Source: Rhodobacterales bacterium
GTDB taxonomy: Bacteria > Pseudomonadota > Alphaproteobacteria > Rhodobacterales > Rhodobacteraceae
Reading direction: 5' to 3'
Assembly: GCA_031368035.1 (NCBI GenBank)
Contig: JANLQT010000359.1
Location: 1-33,466, forward strand
DNA: 33,466 nt
The notes beneath the pieces were generated by a model that ran no database searches, was not told where the DNA came from, and saw only the letters and a program-made list of their open reading frames with translations. The translations under genes and the position numbers were made by a program. Each line of letters starts with the position of its first letter. Position 1 is the stretch's first letter. Shown piece by piece: positions 26,667 through 33,466 of the stretch.

Positions 26667-27620
26667 TTAGGCGGCGAAGACTTTCAGCAGGGCGGAGGCG
26701 GGTGGGGGCAAGGGGCTGCCCAGCGCGAAGGTCACGGCCTCGGCCACTTCTGCGGCGACGGCGGCTTCCAGCGTAGTAAGGCGATCCGCTTCGACGCCGG
26801 TCGCTTCCAGCAGATGCTTGCGATAGCGGGCGACGGGGCAGCGGGCCTTCCAGGCGGCCTCTTCCTCGCGGCTGCGGTATTTGCGCGGATCGCCTTCGAA
26901 ATGCCCGCCCCAGCGATAGGTTTTCAGCTCCAGCAGGGTGGGGCCTTCTCCCGCGCGCGCGCGATCTGTAGCGCGGCCCGCGGCGGCGCGCACCGCCAGC
27001 ACGTCATTGCCATCCACGATCTCGGACGCCACGCCATAGCCGGTGGCGCGGGCCGCAACATCGGGTTGACCGACGGTCTGGGAAAAGGGCGTCATTTCGG
27101 CGTAAAGGTTGTTCTCGCAGACCATGATAAGCGGCAGCTTCCAGGCGGCAGCGATGTTCAGCGTCTCGCCGAACGCGCCGTTGTTGGACGCGCCTTCACC
27201 GAAGAACACGGCGGCCACCGCCCCTTTGCCGTCCATCTGCGCCGCAAGTGCCGCCCCCGCGCCGATGGGCATGCCTGCCCCCACGATGCCGTTGCCGCCG
27301 AGGATGCCCAGGGCCGGATCGGCGGCATGCATCTCGCCGCCCCGACCGCCGCAGATGCCGGTCTCTTTGCCCAGCATTTCCGCGATCATCGGTTTCAGCG
27401 CCATACCCTTGGCCAGGTAATGCCCGCGTCCCCGGTGGTTCGAGACGATGTAGTCGCTGTCGTTCAGTCCGGCGCAGATGCCGACGGCGCAGGCCTCTTG
27501 TCCCAGATACGAGTGGATGTAGCCGGGGAACAGGTTCTTGGCGAACAGATCGTTCAACTGGGTCTCGCATTCGCGGATGACCAGCATGCTTCGGTAAAGG
27601 GTGATCGGGTCCTGGGTCAT
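26667..27620 (-). CDS. TPP-dependent dehydrogenase E1 alpha subunit (AcoA/PdhA-like)
   Basis: HSYLGQEA, HRGRGH, GRGGEMH, GEGA...ENN and YRWGGHFEGDP. Start MTQDP at 27620. Confidence 0.94.
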   Translation of the reverse strand: MTQDPITLYRSMLVIRECETQLNDLFAKNLFPGYIHSYLGQEACAVGICAGLNDSDYIVSNHRGRGHYLAKGMALKPMIAEMLGKETGICGGRGGEMHAADPALGILGGNGIVGAGMPIGAGAALAAQMDGKGAVAAVFFGEGASNNGAFGETLNIAAAWKLPLIMVCENNLYAEMTPFSQTVGQPDVAARATGYGVASEIVDGNDVLAVRAAAGRATDRARAGEGPTLLELKTYRWGGHFEGDPRKYRSREEEAAWKARCPVARYRKHLLEATGVEADRLTTLEAAVAAEVAEAVTFALGSPLPPPASALLKVFAA

Positions 27621-27627
27621 GTTCGCC

Positions 27628-28791
27628 TCAATAGGATTTCGGCAAGCCAAGCCCGACCTGGGCGATATAGTTCTTGCCCATCTCGTTGGTGATGGGCGCG
27701 AAGATCAGCTGGCGTATGTCACGGTAATACCGCTGCATGTTGTATTCCATCGCAAAGCCGTATCCCGCCAGAACCCGCATACCCCGATCCGTGGTGCGGA
27801 ACGCGGCTTCCGAGGCGAAGTATTTCGCCATCGACGCGGGCAAGGAGCAGTCCTGTCCGTTGTCTTGCATCCAGGATGCCTTGTAGGTCATCAGCCGCGC
27901 CAGTTCGATTTCGGTCAGGCTGTCGGCCAGCGGGTGTTGCACGGCCTGAAACGCCCCGATGGGCTTGCCGAAAGCGCTGCGTTCCTTGGCATATTGCACG
28001 GCGTCGTCCAGCGCGCCTTGCCCAAGACCGACGCAGACGGCAGCGACGAAGATGCGTTCATTGTTCAGCGTGTCGATGATGGCATGCCAGCCCCGCCCTT
28101 CGGTGCCGACCACCGAGGATTTCGGCACGCGGACATCCTTGTAGCTGACCTCGTAGCTGTGCAGGAATTTCGAGCCCAGCTTTTCGATCTTGCGATAGGT
28201 GATGCCGGGCGTGTCCTTCGGGATCAGGAACACCGTCAGCCCGTGCGACAGCTTGTCTGGGTTGCGCGAGGTGCGCGCGACGACGAACAGGAACGACGCG
28301 ATGTTCAGGCCAGTCGTCCAGATCTTGGCGCCATTGATGATGTAGTCATCGCCGTCCGCCACCGCCTTGGTCTTCATCGCGCCAAGAATATCCGTGCCGC
28401 CATCCGGCTCGGTCATAGACAAAGCGAAATGCACCTCGCCGGCGGCGATTCTGGGCAGGAATTCCTGCTTTTGCGCGTCGCTGCCATGGCGTTCGATCGT
28501 CACCGCGCCAAACGAGATATCCAGCCCATAGGCCAGCGCCACGGTCGAGGAGTGCCGCGCGAGTTCTTCCAGCACGATGGTTTCCTCGACCACGCCGCCG
28601 CCGGTGCCGCCAAATTGTTCGGGAACCGAGGCGCCCATCAGGCCGATCTTGGCCATCTTGTCCAGAAGTCCGTCGGGGAAGCTGCCTTTTGCATCCCATT
28701 CCGACACGGCGTCCTTGGGCATTTCCCGTTCGACGAACTTGCGCACCAGATCGCGCAGGGCGAGCTGATCCTCGGTGAAATCGAAGTTCAT
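27628..28791 (-). CDS. Acyl-CoA dehydrogenase
   Basis: SMTEPDGGTD, INGAKIWTT, LNNERI, R.AFGKPIGAFQAVQH and GYG. Start 28791 follows GGGAGG. Confidence 0.94.
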   Translation of the reverse strand: MNFDFTEDQLALRDLVRKFVEREMPKDAVSEWDAKGSFPDGLLDKMAKIGLMGASVPEQFGGTGGGVVEETIVLEELARHSSTVALAYGLDISFGAVTIERHGSDAQKQEFLPRIAAGEVHFALSMTEPDGGTDILGAMKTKAVADGDDYIINGAKIWTTGLNIASFLFVVARTSRNPDKLSHGLTVFLIPKDTPGITYRKIEKLGSKFLHSYEVSYKDVRVPKSSVVGTEGRGWHAIIDTLNNERIFVAAVCVGLGQGALDDAVQYAKERSAFGKPIGAFQAVQHPLADSLTEIELARLMTYKASWMQDNGQDCSLPASMAKYFASEAAFRTTDRGMRVLAGYGFAMEYNMQRYYRDIRQLIFAPITNEMGKNYIAQVGLGLPKSY

Positions 28792-28890
28792 GACCATCCT
28801 CCCATTCTTTTGCGGGTACACGTCCCTTGGCGGGCTCATGTCCACACGACCCAACGTTCCAGACGCCGGGGGCACTCGAAACGCTTTTTG

Positions 28891-28931
28891 TACCTATAGG
28901 TATCTAGCCATACTAATGGGTAACTTGTCAA
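28891..28931 (-). promoter_or_regulatory. Leftward promoter with two TAC-N6-GTA operator boxes
   Basis: Minus strand: TTGACA-AGT-TACCCATTAGTA-TGGCTAGA-TACCTATAGGTA. Confidence 0.7.
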
Positions 28932-29147
28932 CTGTCCGTCGCCCCTTGAGGTGAGGCGGATGACCAGATTCAGAAATCCTGGGCAGGCACTTCCGCCCCA
29001 GACGGCGACGCTGCAGCCGATCGCGGCGGTTCGACAAAAGCACAGGTGACGGCCCAGAAGCGGCAATCCGCGCTGGCAGACCGCAACGGCCCCGCCTGTC
29101 ATTGTCCGACATCAATCCGGCTGCGCCAAGAATTCGACAGCAAATGA

Positions 29148-29188
29148 TTGACAACATACTAATTAGTAGGCTTAGATACCTTAAGGTA
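29148..29188 (+). promoter_or_regulatory. Rightward promoter with two TAC-N6-GTA operator boxes
   Basis: TTGACA-ACA-TACTAATTAGTA-GGCTTAGA-TACCTTAAGGTA; both boxes are perfect 12-bp palindromes. Confidence 0.7.
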
Positions 29189-29308
29189 AAAATGGCATTT
29201 GCAGCCGTTTTCGGCCCGTCCGCAGCCAACTGCAGGGCTGCGGAGCGATGCCGCGTAGGCTCTTGGGTTCAAGTTGAGGCGGACCCCCGGAGGACTTGGA
29301 GGACGGCC

Positions 29309-29506
29309 GTGAGCTTCAGATTCGCCAAGAATCATTTAGCGTTGCCCGACGTGGCGCGGACCTTTGTGGAGGGGGAAGTGGTCAAGCGTATGTTTGCCGC
29401 GCGGCAGGCGAAAGTCGCCTTGTTGGACGGCTTTCCAGTCGAAAGCGCCTGGGGCAGCGCAGCGCGAAAGATCTGGATCCCGCACTTCGGACTGCCTATC
29501 GCATGA
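29309..29506 (+). pseudogene. Truncated acyl-CoA dehydrogenase remnant (65-codon ORF)
   Basis: GGAGG-N6-GTG start. MSFRFAKNHLALPDVARTFVEGEVVK… aligns ungapped to the N-terminus of the 28791 dehydrogenase (17 of 41 identical by hand). Its stop overlaps the ligase ATG. Confidence 0.65.
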
Positions 29507-31113
29507 CTGCGCCAATGGACATCGCTTCCGCAGAAACACTTACCGCCCCGCCGTCCGTCGAGCGGGTCTTTCACTACCTTCTTGAAGACCGTGCTGCCGC
29601 CATCGCGCAGAAGCCCTGCCTTGTGATGGGCGAGCGCAGCCTGACCTGGGCAGAGGTGAATAGAGAGGGGAACCGCTGGGCCAATGGCCTTGCAGCCGCC
29701 GGGATCGGCAAAGGCGACCGCGTGCTGCTGATGATCCCCTCGGGGATCGAGCATGTGCTGATCTGGCTTGGCCTGTGCAAGCTGGGCGCGATCATGGTGC
29801 CGGTCAACGAGGCCTACAAGGGGGCGATGCTGCGCCATCAGGTCAATGATTCCGAAGCTGGTCTCGCCATCGTGGCCGAGCGGCACCTGGACGCCTGGAT
29901 CGACCTTGCCTCCGACCTGCCGCACCTGCGCAACATCGCCGTGTCAGGCGGCGCTGCGCGGCACTCATTCCCTCAAATCCCCTGGGCCTGGTCCGACGCC
30001 GCCGACCTGCACAGCGCCGATCCCGCGCCGCTGCCGCGCATCGTCTCGGGCTTTGACCCGATGGCAATCTTTTATACTTCGGGCACCACCGGCCCGTCCA
30101 AGGGTGTGCTGTATTCCCATGCCCAAGCCTGGGCATCGGCCGAGGTTCCGGCGGATTGGTGCGCGCCCGAGGACGTCTTTTACATGTTCCTGCCGATGTT
30201 CCATGTCGGCCTCGCCCAGATGTTCGGCCTTGTCCTTCTGTCGGGCGCGACGATGGTGGTGCGCGAGAAGTTCAGCACCAGCAGCTTCTGGCCAGACGTG
30301 CGCCGCCATGGCGTGACCATGACGATCCTGCTTGCGACCATGCCGAACTTTCTGATGTCGCGCGCCGCCGAGGCAAGCGACCGGGATCACCCGCTGCGCA
30401 AGGTCATCATCATCCCGCTGCCCGCAGACCTTGACGGGTTCAAGGCCCGCTTTGGCGTCGAGGTTGCGACCTGGTTCAACATGACCGAGGTCAGCGTGCC
30501 TCTGCACTCGAACGGGTTCACCCTTGCCAATGCCACCTCTGCCGGCCGCCCGCGCCGCGGTGTCACCGCCCGCATCGTGGACGAATTTGACGAACCCTTG
30601 CCGCCGGGGCGGACCGGCGAGCTGGTTGTTCGTGCTGACCGACCCTGGGATTTCTGTCTTGGCTACTGGAAGAACCCCGCAAAGACCGTCGAAAGCTGGC
30701 GCAATCTGTGGTTCCACACCGGCGATGTGTTCCGCAACGATGAAGGCGGGAATTACTATTTCGTGGACCGCCTCAAGGACGCGATCCGGCGGCGGGGCGA
30801 GAACATCTCGTCCTTCGAGGTGGAGCGCGAGATCGACAGCCATCCCGCCGTGCTGGAATCTGCCGCCGTCGCGGTGCCGTCCAGCATGGGCGAGGATGAG
30901 ATCAAGGTCGTGGCCGCGCTGAAACCGGGCGCTACGCTGCTGCCTGCAGAGCTGCACGCCTACCTTGCCGCGCGCCTGCCGGCCTATATGGTGCCGCTTT
31001 TCGTCGAGATCGCAGGCGGGGAACTTCCGAAAACTCCTACCGGGAAGATCCTCAAGACCGCACTTCGCGACTCGGGCACCGCCGCTGCCTGGACTTCGGG
31101 AGGGCGGCCATGA
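29503..31113 (+). CDS. CaiC-like acyl-CoA ligase (second)
   Basis: YTSGTTGPSKG, FNMTE, HTGD, RRRGENISSFEVE and LPKTPTGKI. Start at 29503 or 29515. Confidence 0.92.
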   Translation: MTAPMDIASAETLTAPPSVERVFHYLLEDRAAAIAQKPCLVMGERSLTWAEVNREGNRWANGLAAAGIGKGDRVLLMIPSGIEHVLIWLGLCKLGAIMVPVNEAYKGAMLRHQVNDSEAGLAIVAERHLDAWIDLASDLPHLRNIAVSGGAARHSFPQIPWAWSDAADLHSADPAPLPRIVSGFDPMAIFYTSGTTGPSKGVLYSHAQAWASAEVPADWCAPEDVFYMFLPMFHVGLAQMFGLVLLSGATMVVREKFSTSSFWPDVRRHGVTMTILLATMPNFLMSRAAEASDRDHPLRKVIIIPLPADLDGFKARFGVEVATWFNMTEVSVPLHSNGFTLANATSAGRPRRGVTARIVDEFDEPLPPGRTGELVVRADRPWDFCLGYWKNPAKTVESWRNLWFHTGDVFRNDEGGNYYFVDRLKDAIRRRGENISSFEVEREIDSHPAVLESAAVAVPSSMGEDEIKVVAALKPGATLLPAELHAYLAARLPAYMVPLFVEIAGGELPKTPTGKILKTALRDSGTAAAWTSGGRP

Positions 31114-32087
31114 GCGGTCGTCGGTCGAGAATCAGTCAGGCGCGGATCGTCTTGGGCATCGCTGTCGTCGCCTTCATCGCGTTTTCCATTCTCGTACCGG
31201 GCTTCCTTTCGGCCGGCAACGTGTCGCGGCTTCTGCAAAACGTATCCATCCTTGGCATCCTTGCGATGGGCATGGCGCTGTCCATCATCGGGCGCGGCAT
31301 TGATCTGTCCGTGGTGGCCTCGATGGCGGTTTCGGTCGCCTGGATGCTGGCCGAGATGAACGCGGGCGCGTCGTTTCTCCATGCCTTCGGCTTCGCCCTT
31401 CTGTTCAGCATCGCGGTCGGCCTGCTCAACGGCGTCCTGATCGCCTATGTCGAGGTGCCGCCGATCTTTGCCACCCTTGCCATGGGCACCGCGATCTACG
31501 GCTTCGGTCGCGTGTTCCTGCTTGCGTCGGATGTGAACTACCTGCCCAAAGACTGGCAGTGGATGAACACGCTGGCGACCGCCGCGCCCCTTGGCGTGCC
31601 GGTCTCGGTGCTTTGCTTCGCCGCCGTCTGCGCCGTCGGGCATCTGTTTCTGCGGCGGGCGCGAGAGGGCCGCTACATCTACATGATGGGCGACAATCCG
31701 CAGGCGTCGCGCATCACGGGCGTTCCGGTACGGCTGATGATCGTCGCGCAATATGTCCTGACCTCGCTGGTGGCGCTGGTGGCGGGACTGCTGATGGCGG
31801 CACTGGTCGCCACGATGAACACCCGCATCGTCGGGTCCACCTACGTCTACGACATCATCCTTGTGGCGGTCCTTGGCGGCATCAGCCTTAGCGGCGGGCG
31901 GGGCGGGGCGGGAAGCGTGATTGTCGGCACCCTACTTATCGGCATCCTGCTCAACGGGATGACGATGATGAACCTTGGTTACACGACCCAGAACGTCATC
32001 AAGGCGCTGATCCTGCTTGCCGCGCTGACCATCGATTCCGTCGTGAACCCAAGGGACGAGCAGACATCCCAACAAGGGGACATCTAA
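31110..32087 (+). CDS. ABC transporter permease (paralogue of 11266-12249)
   Basis: GRGIDLS, PPIFATL, VLGGISLSGGRG and C-terminal NPRDEQTSQQGDI; ATGA-coupled to the ligase. Confidence 0.93.
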   Translation: MSGRRSRISQARIVLGIAVVAFIAFSILVPGFLSAGNVSRLLQNVSILGILAMGMALSIIGRGIDLSVVASMAVSVAWMLAEMNAGASFLHAFGFALLFSIAVGLLNGVLIAYVEVPPIFATLAMGTAIYGFGRVFLLASDVNYLPKDWQWMNTLATAAPLGVPVSVLCFAAVCAVGHLFLRRAREGRYIYMMGDNPQASRITGVPVRLMIVAQYVLTSLVALVAGLLMAALVATMNTRIVGSTYVYDIILVAVLGGISLSGGRGGAGSVIVGTLLIGILLNGMTMMNLGYTTQNVIKALILLAALTIDSVVNPRDEQTSQQGDI

Positions 32088-32155
32088 GACCGGACGCCGC
32101 CCCAAATTCGCAGCGCCCGCCCGTGACTCGCAACTAAACCAGGGAGGAACTGACT

Positions 32156-33190
32156 TTGACTATCATCACACGCACACGCACACTCGCCTCGGCCGCGGCC
32201 CTTTGCCTTGCCGTGTTTTCCGGCACCGCCGCCCCGATCGCCGCGCAGGACGTCTCACCCAGCGCGGGCTTTTACGACGCGCTGAAGGGAAAGAAGATCG
32301 GCTTCGTGCCGATTGCCATGGGCTTCAACGAAACCCAGGCCTGGCGCACCGCGATGGAGCGGCAGGCGGCAGCGCTCGGCTACGAAATCATCGTACGCGA
32401 CCCGAACTGGAGCATTGAAGCCGGTATTCAGGCGATCAACTCCTTGATCGAGGAAAAGCCCGACGTGCTGATCATCGAGAACATCGACAACCGGTCCTAC
32501 AATCGCCTCGTGCAGAAATCGATCGCAGCCGGCATCCTGACCGTGCAGACCCAGCAGCGCTCTGAAGTCGCAAGCGACGCCTATATGGGGCCGGACTGGA
32601 ACGAGATGGGCCGCAATGCCGTCGATGGCATCGTCCAGGCTTGCGGCAAGGACAGCGGCAGGAACGGCAAGGTCGCGATCATCCAGGGCGCGCTGACCGC
32701 CCCGGCGAGCCTCTTGCAGATGCAGGGGATCGAAGAGGCGCTGAAGGCGCATCCTGATATCACCATCGTCTCGAACCAGGCGGCGGATTGGGATGCGACC
32801 AAGGCCTACCAGATCGCCTCGACTGTTCTGAAGCAGGAACCGGATATCTGCGGCATCGCCGGGTTCTGGGACGTGGCCGACGCCGGCATCGCCTCGGCGG
32901 TCAAGGAAGCGGGCCTGCAAGGCAAGGTCGCGGTCATCACCTCGGGCAGCGGCGCAAAGGAATCGGCTTGCGACAAGATCGCGGCGGGCGATTTCACCTT
33001 CTACACCAGCTACAACACGGCCGGTCAGGGCCGCGATCTGAACGCGATCATCCGCACGCTGCTGCAGACGCGTCCGACGCCGGGCAGCAAGCCCTTCGAC
33101 CTTGTCAGCCCGCTGATCCGCATCACGAAAGAGACGATGACGCCGTCCTCGTGCTGGACGCTGGACGAGTTGAAGCAGATCGGCGGCTAA
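32156..33190 (+). CDS. ABC substrate-binding protein (paralogue of 10181-11191)
   Basis: Signal peptide; YDALKGKK.GFVPI.MGF, CGIAGFWDVAD and CWTLDE; TTG start after GGGAGG. Confidence 0.92.
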   Translation: MTIITRTRTLASAAALCLAVFSGTAAPIAAQDVSPSAGFYDALKGKKIGFVPIAMGFNETQAWRTAMERQAAALGYEIIVRDPNWSIEAGIQAINSLIEEKPDVLIIENIDNRSYNRLVQKSIAAGILTVQTQQRSEVASDAYMGPDWNEMGRNAVDGIVQACGKDSGRNGKVAIIQGALTAPASLLQMQGIEEALKAHPDITIVSNQAADWDATKAYQIASTVLKQEPDICGIAGFWDVADAGIASAVKEAGLQGKVAVITSGSGAKESACDKIAAGDFTFYTSYNTAGQGRDLNAIIRTLLQTRPTPGSKPFDLVSPLIRITKETMTPSSCWTLDELKQIGG

Positions 33191-33206
33191 GCCGGACTAT
33201 GACTGC

Positions 33207-33228
33207 GGGCGGCCCGCCAGGGCCGCCC
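33207..33228 (+). terminator. Intercistronic hairpin after the binding-protein gene
   Basis: Perfect 9-bp stem GGGCGGCCC/GGGCCGCCC with a GCCA loop, followed by TTT. Confidence 0.55.
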
Positions 33229-33262
33229 TTTCATCCCATTATTCCTCCAATCGAGCGAGCCC

Positions 33263-33466
33263 ATGAACCGCGACGTCCTGGTGCGCTGGCGCTACCGACT
33301 GATCCCCAACAACGTTCTGGGAGAGATTCTCTCCAAGACGTGGATCGACAACGCCGTTCCCGTTCTGATGCTCGCGGTCCTGCTTGCGGTCTTCGGCACA
33401 CTGGTGCCGAACTTGCTGAGTTTCGGAAACCTCAGCGATCTTTCCCAGACGGTCGGGGAATACCTG
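33263..33466 (+). CDS. N-terminus of a second permease, paralogue of the permease::SSL fusion, truncated by the window edge
   Basis: MNRDVLVRWRYRLIPNNVLGEILSKTWIDNAVPVL aligns with MASDVFTRWRYRLVPDKVVGEILSKPWVDNAIPVL. It is absent from the ORF track because there is no stop in the window. Confidence 0.88.
   Translation, partial: MNRDVLVRWRYRLIPNNVLGEILSKTWIDNAVPVLMLAVLLAVFGTLVPNLLSFGNLSDLSQTVGEYL

Noticed and set aside
22020-28791. Carnitine (cai) pathway call
   Set aside because: The ligase is CaiC-like, but there is no CaiB CoA-transferase, CaiT/BCCT transporter or fix genes in the window.
27601-28899. 432-aa plus-strand ORF
   Set aside because: It is an antisense shadow of the acyl-CoA dehydrogenase.
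28891-29188. Inverted repeats as IS/MITE ends or an invertible switch
   Set aside because: There is no transposase or recombinase nearby and no evident target duplication. Conservation is confined to promoter and operator positions.
29296-29502. 69-aa N-terminal extension of the second ligase from TTG 29296
   Set aside because: GGAGG is only 2 nt from this TTG and the extension is not ligase-like. The region is better explained by the dehydrogenase remnant in another frame.
1-33466. CRISPR array, tRNA/rRNA, prophage or defence genes
   Set aside because: I saw no repeat-spacer pattern, RNA gene signature or relevant protein motif by eye; small ncRNAs cannot be excluded without a covariance search.

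Overview
This is a high-GC alphaproteobacterial (Rhodobacteraceae-like, by inference) catabolic region. I see no RNA genes, CRISPR array or intact mobile element. (1) 1-5075 (+): a sugar ABC transporter operon containing a Gfo/Idh/MocA enzyme that I recognise as levoglucosan dehydrogenase (LgdA-like), plus an ABM-family protein. (2) 5448-12249 (-): an unusual ABC importer made of a permease, a binding protein, a permease fused to a strictosidine-synthase-like (SSL) beta-propeller, a separate degenerate propeller and an ATPase. (3) 12387-14864 (+): two TetR regulators and a GST. (4) 14985-28791 (-): a 14-gene acyl-CoA catabolic run with two acyl-CoA dehydrogenases, 2-oxoacid/acetoin dehydrogenase E1a/E1b/E2 without E3, a hot-dog/MaoC pair, a CaiC-like ligase, a thiolase, the isobutyryl-CoA lower pathway, crotonases and an MDR reductase. 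(5) 28891-29506: mirror-image divergent promoters with paired TAC-N6-GTA boxes and a decayed acyl-CoA dehydrogenase remnant. (6) 29503-33466 (+): a second CaiC-like ligase followed by an inverted paralogous copy of the transporter cassette, cut by the window edge. The best candidate for an uncharacterised system is the duplicated permease::SSL-hydrolase importer linked to CoA-dependent breakdown of an unknown, probably branched, ester or lactone.
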